Below, piece by piece: positions 16,982-25,378 of a stretch of DNA of 32,831 bases. Position 1 is the first letter of the stretch. The number at the start of each line of letters is the position of its first letter. Below the pieces are notes generated by a model. The model was not told the origin of the DNA and did not search any database. It saw only the letters and a program-made list of their open reading frames with translations. Origin of the DNA: a virus; IMG/VR virus record IMGVR_UViG_3300045988_100479, positions 1 to 32,831 of that record. One strand, given 5' to 3'. Both the position numbers and the translations under genes were made by a program.

Positions 16982-18676
16982 TTATATGACCTGGACCGTG
17001 AAGTCAGGCATTTGATTGAAAACAACGTCCTGTTGGAGCAAATATACCGCGTTTATCAGGGCAACAACCATATCGACCTTGCCCTTGCTCCGCTTCTTGT
17101 GGACGTACATGTTGCGGTTCGTGTCATAAGAGCAGCGGGCGTTCTGGAAGTTGATTTCGAGCAACTTGTTGTCTGTGTATTCGAACTCGCCGCAAAGAAT
17201 CTTCTCCTTGAGCAACTTCGTCGGCGGATGGAGCACGCTCGAATGCTGCCTGATTTCGACGGTGTTGTAGCCCGCTCCTTCCAGCTTCTGCGCGGTGCTG
17301 AGAGCGTTCCAGCGGTCGTAGCCGATTGCCTGGACCTGCACGCCGTACTTTTCCTCGATGCCGAGGATGAAGTCCTCGACAACCTTGTAATCAATTACAC
17401 GGTCACCGCAGGCGACGCACTTCCCGTCCCTGACGAACTCGTTGTAGTCGATTTTCTCGTATGCGTTCTTCTCGTTGATGCGGCCCTCTGGCACGAAGGC
17501 GAAAACATCGGCGAGGATGTTGCCGTCATCATCGGCGGCGACCATAGCGACCGCCGTGTTGTCGTTCGTCTCCGAAAGGTCCAGCCCAAGATACACGACG
17601 CGCCCGCGCCAGTCGATGTTCGCAACCTTGCACGCCTGCACGTCGGCAACGTCGATGAAAGTCTCCGTGCCCTGTCCCTGATAGATGATGTTGCAGTGCT
17701 TCGTTAAAAAGTTCTCGCGTGCCGATTCGACCGCGATTGCGTAGGCCCGCTTCTTCTTCAAGTCCTCCCAAATTTCGGGAATCTCCAAGCTGACGGGGTT
17801 GGACTGGCGCATGACCAAATCGTCCGTCATCCAGTCCTTCGTATCGTCTGGCTCGTAGAGCAAGGCGAACAGCGTGTCATCCTCGGCGATGCCGTCCAGA
17901 ACCTTCTTGGCGTATGCCACCTCATCCTCGAATGGGTTGTCAATCGTCGGGTACTTGGTCGAGATGATGAAGCCGAGCTTGTTGAGGATGTTGAGCTGGC
18001 CCGACTTCATGGCTTCGACGGCGTAGCTCGTGGGAAGCGCACCGACCTCGTCCGCGCAGAAGGCGCTTGGAAGTCGGCCATCCATTCGCGAGGTCGAATA
18101 GCTCAGAGGGACGTATGTCGAACTCTTAGGCCTGAACGTGATGCAGTCGCGGAGAATCTTGAAGCGCTTGTCTCCCTTGTACTCGTACACAAGCGGGGAC
18201 GAGCGCAGCGTCTGCGATATGGCTTCGCGAATCTGCCTAGACAACGCCCCGTCTGGCGCGACCGAGAAGAATTCCGCGAATCTCGGCTCTGTCAGCATGA
18301 GGATGATGAAGATGGTTGCCACCGTGTACGTCTTGAAGTTCTTGCGGGCGATTTCCAGCAACCCGATTTCGTAGCGCCGCTTCTCAGGATTGTCGCGGTA
18401 GACGGTACACAGAACAGCCGTGTAGAGCAGCCATTGGTAGCCCGTCGTGCATTCGTAGAGCGTCTGCCCAGCCTTCAGGCCCTTCGGCATTATGAGCAGC
18501 TTCAAGATTGACTCGACCTGGCGAATCTTCTCTTCGCTGACGAAGAACTTTTCACTCTTGCCGTCGCAAACGTCCATCCAAAGGCGCATCTGCTTTTTTA
18601 CGTAGCGCGGTGTGGTGTCCGCGTCTATCGCAAGCTCGCAGTACTCATATCCCCTATTCCTCGCCATCGCTGTCAC
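16982..18676 (-). CDS. terL: Terminase large subunit
   Basis: 564 aa with ATPase and nuclease halves typical of the Terminase_1 family. The listed start is GTG. An alternative ATG lies at 18667 (MARNRGYEY). Confidence 0.9.
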   Translation of the reverse strand: MTAMARNRGYEYCELAIDADTTPRYVKKQMRLWMDVCDGKSEKFFVSEEKIRQVESILKLLIMPKGLKAGQTLYECTTGYQWLLYTAVLCTVYRDNPEKRRYEIGLLEIARKNFKTYTVATIFIILMLTEPRFAEFFSVAPDGALSRQIREAISQTLRSSPLVYEYKGDKRFKILRDCITFRPKSSTYVPLSYSTSRMDGRLPSAFCADEVGALPTSYAVEAMKSGQLNILNKLGFIISTKYPTIDNPFEDEVAYAKKVLDGIAEDDTLFALLYEPDDTKDWMTDDLVMRQSNPVSLEIPEIWEDLKKKRAYAIAVESARENFLTKHCNIIYQGQGTETFIDVADVQACKVANIDWRGRVVYLGLDLSETNDNTAVAMVAADDDGNILADVFAFVPEGRINEKNAYEKIDYNEFVRDGKCVACGDRVIDYKVVEDFILGIEEKYGVQVQAIGYDRWNALSTAQKLEGAGYNTVEIRQHSSVLHPPTKLLKEKILCGEFEYTDNKLLEINFQNARCSYDTNRNMYVHKKRSKGKVDMVVALINAVYLLQQDVVFNQMPDFTVQVI

Positions 18677-19025
18677 AGTTGATTATCGCCATGAGCGGGT
18701 CGTAGTCGGAATCGCGTTCCTCGTCCTCCTTGGCGAATCCCTTGATGATTTTCATGAGCGTGGTCACAGTGCGGTTCGCGCTGTCCGTGGTCTTGTTGTA
18801 CTCGGTCACTGCGGGGTTCACGTAGATGTTCGCGCGACCCTTCACGTATTCCTTCGTTACGAGCGTGCCATTCTCCTTGATTGCCTTTTCCAGCTCGGAA
18901 AGGTTGCTGAGCTGCACCTGATACCGCTTGAAAGTGGTCACGAAAAAGAAGTTGGTTTGAACGCCAGTCTCCTCCGCTATTCTAATAATTTCCTGAGCTT
19001 GTTCGTTAAGGCTGAGCTTGTTCAT
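18654..19025 (-). CDS. terS: Terminase small subunit (P27 family)
   Basis: 123 aa. FVTTFKRYQVQLSNLSELEKAIKENG...NPAVTEYNK resembles P27-family small terminases. The ATG overlaps the MTase stop (TAATG). Confidence 0.75.
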   Translation of the reverse strand: MNKLSLNEQAQEIIRIAEETGVQTNFFFVTTFKRYQVQLSNLSELEKAIKENGTLVTKEYVKGRANIYVNPAVTEYNKTTDSANRTVTTLMKIIKGFAKEDEERDSDYDPLMAIINCDSDGEE

Positions 19026-20323
19026 TAGTTAATCCTCTCCGCTTTCTCTCCCGTGAATTGCTCCCAACGGTAAATGATTGCGTCCGCATATCTGGGGTCT
19101 AGTTCCATCGTATAGCAGGTGCGGTCTAGCTGCTCGCATGCAATCAGGGTCGAGCCTGAGCCGCCGAAGAAGTCGATTACATTATCTTTCGGCTTCGATG
19201 AATTGTTTATTAGAATCGACATCAACCGCACGGGCTTCATAGTCGGGTGCAGCCCGCTCCTTGTCGGTTTATCCTCATGGATTACCGTTGTCGGCATCGT
19301 ATCCGCCAGAATTTCCTCGAGCATCTTCCGCATTTGCTCTTTGGTCATCTTGTCGAGGTCTAATTGGTCCTCGAAAACCGTCGTTTGCTTTCGGTCGTTG
19401 ATGAAGTAGTGCCTTGCTCCCGCTTTCCAGCCGTAAATGCATGGCTCGTGTTTCCACTGGTAGTCCTGCCGCCCTAGAACCAGCGCGTTCTTCACCCAGA
19501 TTAGAATTTGCTTGACCTGACCGCCAGCATCGATTAGCGCGTCTCTGAAAACGTGCCCGATGGAATCGGCATGCCATACATAATACGCGCCGCCCTCCTT
19601 TAGGACTCTGAGCATTTGCGTATAGAACGCCTTGAGGAACGAATAGAAATCCTCGTCTGACATTTCGTCGTTCGCAATCATCAGGCCATCGGTGCGTCGG
19701 TGCCTTTTCTTGGCTTCCTCTGGATTTTCGATGCCGATTGCCACGTTATAAGGCGGGTCGGTCACGCACAAGTCCATGATTGCGCAGTCCGTCAGCTTGT
19801 CAACGTCCGCTGCACTTGTCGAGTCTCCAACCATCAGGCGGTGTCTGCCTAATCGGTATATTTCTCCTGTTTTTGATTTCGGCTCGGCTGGAAGTTCCTG
19901 CTCGTAGTCGTCCCCTTCGATGTTCATGTCGCTGAGGTCGATTCCGCCGAAGTCGATGTCGAACCCGAACTCGCCCATGTCGATTTCGCCGATGCCCTCA
20001 AGCTCGATGCCAAGCTTCGCCATGTCCCACTGGGCAAGCTCTCCCGTTTTATTGTCTGCAAGCCTGAATGCCTTCACCTGCTCTGGTGTCAAATCGTCCG
20101 CCACGATGACGGGAACCTGATTCATCCCAAGCTTGTGCGCCGCCTTCAGGCGCGTGTGCCCGTTGATGATTACGTTCTCGCCGTCGACGACGATGGGAAC
20201 CTTGAAACCGAACTCCTTGATGCTCGCGGCCACCGCATCCACCGCGTTGTCGTTCAATCGCGGGTTGTTCGCGTACGGAATCAGCGAATCGACGTCCATG
20301 TAGGTTACTTTTGTCTTCTCCAT
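19025..20323 (-). CDS. ParB-like nuclease domain fused to a beta-class N6-adenine DNA methyltransferase
   Basis: N-terminal ParB/Srx motif (YANNPR...GHTRLKAA). DPPYN (motif IV) precedes FFGGSGST (motif I), which is the beta-class order. Confidence 0.85.
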   Translation of the reverse strand: MEKTKVTYMDVDSLIPYANNPRLNDNAVDAVAASIKEFGFKVPIVVDGENVIINGHTRLKAAHKLGMNQVPVIVADDLTPEQVKAFRLADNKTGELAQWDMAKLGIELEGIGEIDMGEFGFDIDFGGIDLSDMNIEGDDYEQELPAEPKSKTGEIYRLGRHRLMVGDSTSAADVDKLTDCAIMDLCVTDPPYNVAIGIENPEEAKKRHRRTDGLMIANDEMSDEDFYSFLKAFYTQMLRVLKEGGAYYVWHADSIGHVFRDALIDAGGQVKQILIWVKNALVLGRQDYQWKHEPCIYGWKAGARHYFINDRKQTTVFEDQLDLDKMTKEQMRKMLEEILADTMPTTVIHEDKPTRSGLHPTMKPVRLMSILINNSSKPKDNVIDFFGGSGSTLIACEQLDRTCYTMELDPRYADAIIYRWEQFTGEKAERIN

Positions 20324-20606
20324 GCCTTGAAATCTCCCTTCTCTATACGTTCGGGGGCGCTATGTGGGGAACGTCCGAAAGAATCCCCGATAATCGCCAT
20401 TATTGAATGTTAATCGCAGTTTTTGACCAATAAACCGCTGTTTTCCAAAAAAGCCCTGCGCTTTAGAAATTTAGCGTTTAGAGGGGGCGTGTTAGATAGC
20501 ACTTCGCGCTCAGTTTTCAACACCTTGGGTAGGGGGGGGATTGTTGAAAAGTCTTCCACATTGTTGAAAACTCCCATAGGCCACGTGGTGCCCGATGTCT
20601 GTCAAT
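20324..20606. other. 283-bp AT-richer noncoding region with direct and inverted repeats; candidate cos/packaging initiation site and/or late promoter
   Basis: ATTGTTGAAAA repeated directly at 20540..20550 and 20560..20570, with the inverted copy GTTTTCAACACC at 20513..20524. It is positioned between the HNH gene and the ParB-MTase, terS and terL genes. Confidence 0.4.
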
Positions 20607-20990
20607 CTACCGCGCATCCCCCGTAATCCTGCGCAGCGCGAGCCCTCTCAGGTATCCCTTTGACAGCTCGCCATCGTCAGCCATCCTGTGGTGCGCCCTG
20701 CACAGGCACACGAGGTTGTCGTCATCTATCAGACCGTCCGGGTCTTCCCTGAGCTTGTCTATGTGGTGGACCTCCAGCCCCTCGGTCGTGACCTTCCCCT
20801 GGTCCCTGCACACCTCGCACAGCCAGTGCGCGTCGCTCCTTACCTGGAGGCTCTTCCTCTTCCATCGTGCCGTGAACCTGAGCCTGTCCGCTCCCGTCCT
20901 CTCGTACCTGTAGGCTGGCTTCTTCCTCGGGCAAGGCTCGTCGTATGCGTGCATCTTCCCGCACCTGCTACATGCCCTGTATGCTCCCAT
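20607..20990 (-). CDS. HNH endonuclease (terminase-associated)
   Basis: 127 aa from ATG 20990. Cys/His-rich HNH motif LEVHHIDKLRED...NLVCLCRAHHRM plus CxxC pairs. The listed ORF is over-extended into the endolysin gene. Confidence 0.8.
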   Translation of the reverse strand: MGAYRACSRCGKMHAYDEPCPRKKPAYRYERTGADRLRFTARWKRKSLQVRSDAHWLCEVCRDQGKVTTEGLEVHHIDKLREDPDGLIDDDNLVCLCRAHHRMADDGELSKGYLRGLALRRITGDAR

Positions 20991-21070
20991 GTGCGTCCCC
21001 CCTTCAATCGGCAGCGGGCCCCGACGACTAGGTGGGACCCGCTTTGTTGTCTTGCTTGGTTGTCTTGCGC

Positions 21071-22036
21071 CTACACCTTCAGTGCGCCGGACGAGTCGGA
21101 GGCCACGCCATACTGCATCTCGCCGCTGTCGCCGAAGGCATACCACTTGCCGCCGATGCTCTGCACGTCAGCCGCGTGCATCGCTCCCGTCTTTGGGTCC
21201 ATGTAGTACCACTCCCCGCCGTCGTTCACCCAGCCGGTGGCCATCGCGCCGGAATCGGTGAGGTAGTACCACTTGCCGCCGACCTTCTGCCATCCGGTCA
21301 GCATCCAGCCGTCGGCGTCGAAGAGGTACCACTTGCCGCCGATATGCTCCCAGCCGCCCCTGGTATAGCTGCCGTCAGCTTGCCTGTACCACCAACGGCC
21401 ATCCTGCTGAATCCAGCCGGTCGGCTGGCCGCTTGCCGCGCCCACGTAGCTCGCCCAACCGTCGGCGTCCATATAGGCCTTGTCGAGGTCCAGGTTCCCG
21501 GAGTATCCGTCGAGCCTGCCGTGGCTGGAGTACTGGCGAATGGCGCAGTCGTAGGCCCCCTCGTTCCAAGGGCTGTCCTGGTAGCCTGTGGCGTCGTTGT
21601 TGGCGTACTGCGCGACCCATGCGCCGCACTCGAGGGCCTGGGCAACGTCCCACGGGAAGGCGCTGGCCGAAGCGTAGATGAGCGGCTTGACTCCAGTCCT
21701 GTCGATGACCCTCTGGACCAGCTCCCTGAGGTAGTCGGTGTTGCCCCACGCGGCGTTCTGCATGCTCTCCCAGTCGATGCACGGAAGGCCCACGCCGAAG
21801 TAGTTGGCGCAGTTGTCCACGAAGAAGTCGGCCTCCGCCGTGGCCCCAGCCCCGTTCACGTAATGGTAGAAGCCGAACGGCTTGCCCAGGGCGATTGCCT
21901 GCTGGACGTGAGGGTCGCAGGCGGCCGAGACGTAGCCCACGCCCTGCGTCGCCTTGATGATTGCAAAGTCACACGGAACCTGCGCGAGGTCTAGGTCCTC
22001 CTGCCATCCGCTGATGTCGATTCCCTGCATCGTCAT
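21071..22036 (-). CDS. Endolysin: GH25 muramidase with C-terminal cell-wall-binding (choline-binding-like) repeats
   Basis: N-terminal GIDISGWQ...IIKATQG is the GH25 signature. The C-terminus has more than 5 repeats of GW..(D)GGKWYY. Confidence 0.9.
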   Translation of the reverse strand: MTMQGIDISGWQEDLDLAQVPCDFAIIKATQGVGYVSAACDPHVQQAIALGKPFGFYHYVNGAGATAEADFFVDNCANYFGVGLPCIDWESMQNAAWGNTDYLRELVQRVIDRTGVKPLIYASASAFPWDVAQALECGAWVAQYANNDATGYQDSPWNEGAYDCAIRQYSSHGRLDGYSGNLDLDKAYMDADGWASYVGAASGQPTGWIQQDGRWWYRQADGSYTRGGWEHIGGKWYLFDADGWMLTGWQKVGGKWYYLTDSGAMATGWVNDGGEWYYMDPKTGAMHAADVQSIGGKWYAFGDSGEMQYGVASDSSGALKV

Positions 22037-22263
22037 GCCTCATCAGTCCCTTCTGGTACCTGCTTAGACGTTGCCGCGCTCACTCCAATGAGCGCACCGA
22101 TGAGAACACCGGCCGCGTTGAGCGTGAGCACGATTGCGTCGGCGTTCGGAATTCCCCACGCCGGGAATACCGCGCCGATGAAAGTCGCGACTGCCGGGCA
22201 TGCGATAAGCCCGAGCCACTTCAACACGTGGTACAGCTTGTCATTGATGATGTAGTCTTTCAT
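22033..22263 (-). CDS. Holin
   Basis: 76 aa with two predicted transmembrane helices and a charged C-terminus. Overlaps the endolysin start (ATGA). Confidence 0.7.
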   Translation of the reverse strand: MKDYIINDKLYHVLKWLGLIACPAVATFIGAVFPAWGIPNADAIVLTLNAAGVLIGALIGVSAATSKQVPEGTDEA

Positions 22264-22275
22264 CTTTCAATCCTC

Positions 22276-22698
22276 CTAATCGTCAATCGTCGGCAGCGCC
22301 ATCATCTCGTCGTGAAGCGTCGTGGCGATGCCGTTTCCTCCCAGACTGTGATAGCTCTGATAGGTGCGCTCCATGACTTCCTTGTCCAACGTCGAAGCGT
22401 GGCCGTCGCGCACTGCCTGGTGATGGGTTCGCATGAGCTCGCTCCGGAGCAGCGCCCGCAAGGCCGACTTGAAAAGCTCGTTCTCCTCGGCCGCCTTCTC
22501 CTTCTCGACGCGGCGGTTCGAAAGCATCACGCCCAGAAGGGCGACGACTGCCGCGACCGAGTAGATTGCGAACTGCGAATCGAGTTCAGTATTTGACACG
22601 GCCGTTGCCGTCGCTGCCAGCGTGCAGGGGATGCACACCCACAGAAGCTTTTCCCAGAATCCCTGCACTGCCGCCCTTTTCCGATTGGTCTTTTGCAC
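22276..22698 (-). CDS. Membrane protein of the lysis cassette (second holin/antiholin-like?)
   Basis: Two N-terminal hydrophobic helices and a soluble C-terminal domain. The listed start is GTG. A TATAAT lies at 22706..22711 on the minus strand and an intrinsic terminator lies just upstream. Confidence 0.4.
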   Translation of the reverse strand: MQKTNRKRAAVQGFWEKLLWVCIPCTLAATATAVSNTELDSQFAIYSVAAVVALLGVMLSNRRVEKEKAAEENELFKSALRALLRSELMRTHHQAVRDGHASTLDKEVMERTYQSYHSLGGNGIATTLHDEMMALPTIDD

Positions 22699-22743
22699 TC
22701 CCTTGATTATACGGCACCATGAGCGGGAATTGCGGGAACGATG

Positions 22744-22770
22744 AAAAGGGCCACCGTCTTCTGGTGGCCC
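22744..22770 (-). terminator. Intrinsic terminator (GGGCCACC/GGTGGCCC stem) after gene 22794..22988
   Basis: 8-bp GC stem, 7-nt loop, followed by UUUU on the minus strand. Confidence 0.7.
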
Positions 22771-22793
22771 CGCTGCCGTTCATCGCCTGAGTC

Positions 22794-22988
22794 TTAGAGA
22801 ATCTCCAACGCGATGTCGCAAGCCCTCTCGTATGTGATGCCGCAGAACTCCGCGAATGCCTCGGTCGCGTTCCTTGCGGCTTCCTTGGTGCCGTTCTCGA
22901 ACTTGTAATCGTAGACGGCTTCAACCATCTTGCCGTAGAGCTGGAGCTTCTTCGCGAACTTCTTGGTGTCCTTATTTGTGTCCTTCAT
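22794..22988 (-). CDS. Hypothetical small protein (cassette gene)
   Basis: 64 aa. ATG follows RBS AAAGGACC and the conserved cassette 5' element. Its own terminator is downstream. Confidence 0.5.
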   Translation of the reverse strand: MKDTNKDTKKFAKKLQLYGKMVEAVYDYKFENGTKEAARNATEAFAEFCGITYERACDIALEIL

Positions 22989-22995
22989 TGTTGGT

Positions 22996-23102
22996 CCTTT
23001 CTCTCTCCCTCACTTGCTGATAGCAGTATACACCTATACGCACGTTACCACGGCGAGAACCTGAGGTTTCTCAAAATGAAAAAGCCCCCATTTCTGGGGG
23101 CC
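22996..23102 (-). promoter_or_regulatory. Cassette element A: conserved 5' leader/promoter-like block (core AGTATACAC 23025..23033 with TGCT-N3-AGCA dyad) plus the upstream gene's terminator (23078..23102)
   Basis: About 85% identical over roughly 107 bp to element C (26428..26535). Confidence 0.55.
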
Positions 23103-23126
23103 TTCTGGCTGCATCTCCTTTGGCTT

Positions 23127-23354
23127 TTACAGCTCTTCTGCCTTTAGGAGCTTGACTCCGAGGAAGTCGAGTTCGTAGTTGCACACCGTCTCCCTGTCGA
23201 GCCTCTTGATGTAGCAGAGGAAGTTGTGGTACCTGCGGCCATCGACGGTTCCGCCGTCCGCCACGCACACGAGCCCGTCCTCTGGCTGGCAGCCGATGTC
23301 GTATGGGCGCAGGCGCATTCCGTACTTGCACAGGTAAAACACGTTGATTTCCAT
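23127..23354 (-). CDS. Hypothetical small protein (cassette gene)
   Basis: 75 aa from ATG 23354 (MEINVFYL...). The listed ORF is over-extended through conserved element B. Confidence 0.5.
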   Translation of the reverse strand: MEINVFYLCKYGMRLRPYDIGCQPEDGLVCVADGGTVDGRRYHNFLCYIKRLDRETVCNYELDFLGVKLLKAEEL

Positions 23355-23481
23355 TGCCTTTCCTTTCTCTCTCTTTCCGCTCTTGCTATAGCAAAGTATA
23401 CACCCATAACGTACAGGCGCACACGAGAATCTGAAAAATCTTCCGCACGAAAAGGGGCACCGCCTCAATCTGCGATGCCCC
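23355..23481 (-). promoter_or_regulatory. Cassette element B: core AGTATACAC (23395..23403), perfect 12-bp palindrome TTGCTATAGCAA (23383..23394), GAGAATCTGAAAAA box, and terminator hairpin (23450..23481)
   Basis: Shares the motif with elements A, C, D and E. The hairpin GGGGCACCGC/GCGATGCCCC is followed by UUUU on the minus strand. Confidence 0.55.
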
Positions 23482-23486
23482 ATGCT

Positions 23487-23669
23487 CTACTCTGCCGAGC
23501 GCTCCAGGTCCGCCCGGATTAGCCCCTTGATGTAGCCCTGCTTGCTCGGAACGCTGTCGAGCTTCTCCAGGACGTCCCCGTCGGTGCGGCGGTTCAACTT
23601 CAGATGAACCTGCCGCGTGTTCGCCTTGTCGTACTTGTAACCGGCCTTGAGCTGCGCTTCAGTAGCCAT
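23487..23669 (-). CDS. Ribbon-helix-helix (CopG/Arc/MetJ-like) DNA-binding protein
   Basis: 60 aa. TRQVHLKLNRRTDGDVLEKLDSVPSKQGYIKGLIRADL fits the beta-strand/helix/helix RHH pattern. Confidence 0.5.
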   Translation of the reverse strand: MATEAQLKAGYKYDKANTRQVHLKLNRRTDGDVLEKLDSVPSKQGYIKGLIRADLERSAE

Positions 23670-23670
23670 A

Positions 23671-23949
23671 TCAAATCACCTCCACCTTCTCCAGGGCGCC
23701 CGACAGCCACATGGCCATCGCCGCCGTTATCGTCACCATCACCGCTCGGTCGAACTCCGCATCTGTCACGCACCTTTGGTCGCGCCGCTTGGCATCCGGC
23801 GTGGCCCCTACTGGCTGGACCATAGCAGTCCTGATGGTGTCCAGGGACCTCGCGAGCGCGTCCTTGTCAGCCTGAGAGAATCCGCCGCGCCACCCCGTGA
23901 AGGTGAGCATCGCCTCGAGCGTCGGGTTTAGACTAAATTTCTGGAACAT
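23671..23949 (-). CDS. Hypothetical protein
   Basis: 92 aa from ATG 23949; the listed ORF is over-extended. Confidence 0.45.
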   Translation of the reverse strand: MFQKFSLNPTLEAMLTFTGWRGGFSQADKDALARSLDTIRTAMVQPVGATPDAKRRDQRCVTDAEFDRAVMVTITAAMAMWLSGALEKVEVI

Positions 23950-24361
23950 CGCAGCCACCCCCCTCGATGACCTCCGCGCCGCACTCAGGGCAGTAGCTTG
24001 GCGGGAAGTCGGAGTCATTGACGCACTCGTCTCCGCATGACAGCACCCACAGCTGGCCCGCCTCCTCGCACCCGTACGAGCCGCAGTGCGTCTTGTGCTC
24101 GACCACGTAGCACGTCGGTCGGTCTATCAGGTCGGCAAGACGGTTGTGAAGCTCCTCGTAGTCTCCAGGGTGCATGTGCTCTGCTGGGAAGCATCCGAGA
24201 ACGGCATTGTGAATCTGGCTGTAATCGGCCTCGTCTCCAATGCTCGCGTCTATGAAGAGTCCTTCCATCACCCACTCTTTGCTGGCTGCGTATGTGTCAG
24301 AAGGCAGCTCTCGTAGCTTCGCCGCCACCTCTCTGCGCTTCTTGTCGCTAGTGAATGCCAT
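23933..24361 (-). CDS. Hypothetical protein with C-terminal zinc-ribbon (CPECG...CD)
   Basis: 142 aa from ATG 24361 (MAFTSDKK...); Cys pairs at the C-terminus. Confidence 0.5.
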   Translation of the reverse strand: MAFTSDKKRREVAAKLRELPSDTYAASKEWVMEGLFIDASIGDEADYSQIHNAVLGCFPAEHMHPGDYEELHNRLADLIDRPTCYVVEHKTHCGSYGCEEAGQLWVLSCGDECVNDSDFPPSYCPECGAEVIEGGGCDVPEI

Positions 24362-24534
24362 TAGAAGAAGCCTCCCCACTTGAGAATCGCGAAGTTGACC
24401 GCGACCCCAACCATGGTCATCCAGACGTTGTATGGCCCCTGCTCCTCGCCGTGGTGGACGGCGCTCAGCGTGATGTTGATTAGGTACATGACCAGCACCA
24501 CCATCTGCGGGACCCCGATGCTCAACTCGACCAT
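24361..24534 (-). CDS. Small two-helix membrane protein (57 aa), not in the ORF table
   Basis: Translation is MVELSIGVPQMVVLVMYLINITLSAVHHGEEQGPYNVWMTMVGVAVNFAILKWGGFF. Its ATG overlaps the upstream stop (TGATG) and its stop overlaps the downstream start (TAATG), indicating translational coupling. Confidence 0.4.
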   Translation of the reverse strand: MVELSIGVPQMVVLVMYLINITLSAVHHGEEQGPYNVWMTMVGVAVNFAILKWGGFF

Positions 24535-25019
24535 CACCGACCGCCTTCCTCTTCGTCCACCAGCAGGAACCCGACCTCCGCCAGCCTCTTGCGCAGACCG
24601 TCAAGCTCCGCCTCGGCTCGCTCGGCCCTCTCGCGCAGCTCCGCCACCTCGGCAACCGCCTCGTCGCGCTCGCGCGTGAGCCTTTCAACCTTTTCGTTGA
24701 CCTCGGCTGCCAGCGCGTCCTTGCCTCGCGGCGCGATTAGGTCTGCCAGCACCTCGGGGAGCGTGGAGTCCTGGTTCTTGCCCCACCATGGGTTGAGGGC
24801 GGTCACGACCTGCGCGAGGGGTGTCTCGCAGCCCTTGCGCCCAGGCTTCGAGCAGGCCAGCAGCTCCGCCACGACCTCGTGCCTAACCTTGTCCCCAGGG
24901 TCGCGCAGCTCTCCCCTGGCCCTCGGCTTGCAGGTCATGCCGTTCGGCACGGCCCGGCCAAGGCCAATGGCCGACGGCAGCTTGTCCTGGCTTATCCTCA
25001 TCTTCACGAACTCGCTCAT
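24534..25019 (-). CDS. Hypothetical protein with C-terminal coiled-coil
   Basis: 161 aa from ATG 25019 (MSEFVKMRIS...). It forms an ATGA overlap with the upstream gene. Confidence 0.5.
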   Translation of the reverse strand: MSEFVKMRISQDKLPSAIGLGRAVPNGMTCKPRARGELRDPGDKVRHEVVAELLACSKPGRKGCETPLAQVVTALNPWWGKNQDSTLPEVLADLIAPRGKDALAAEVNEKVERLTRERDEAVAEVAELRERAERAEAELDGLRKRLAEVGFLLVDEEEGGR

Positions 25020-25378
25020 CGTGTGACCATCCTCTCCGCATCGGAGCTCCAAGGCGTGCGCGGCCGCGATGGGGTGTGGGCGATGCATGCCGGGCTGACG
25101 TGGGCGTCGCATCCCTCGGTGAAGGCGTTCACCTTCGCCGCGCCTCCTGCGTACAGAGTGGTTGACCTGACCGTGAATTCCATGCCGTCCTCCACGTCCC
25201 ACACCGTGTCGCCCACGTGGATGGGCGCCCCGTCCGCGTCCTTGGGCAGCTCCACCATCTCCGCGTCGATGCGGTCGGCTAGGACGCGCAGCTCGTCACA
25301 TGCTCCCAAGTCACATCCTTCCCAGTCAGCTTCGGATTCGTCACACCACTTGCGCAACTCGTCGCTAATCTTCGTCAT
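25016..25378 (-). CDS. Hypothetical protein
   Basis: 120 aa from ATG 25378 (MTKISDELRKW...). Confidence 0.4.
   Translation of the reverse strand: MTKISDELRKWCDESEADWEGCDLGACDELRVLADRIDAEMVELPKDADGAPIHVGDTVWDVEDGMEFTVRSTTLYAGGAAKVNAFTEGCDAHVSPACIAHTPSRPRTPWSSDAERMVTR

Noticed and set aside
23487-23669. The RHH protein as the antitoxin of a toxin-antitoxin pair with the downstream 75-aa ORF
   Set aside because: The downstream protein (23127..23354) has no resemblance to RelE/ParE or other RHH-partner toxins. The two genes are separated by a terminator plus a promoter-like element, so they are not co-transcribed.
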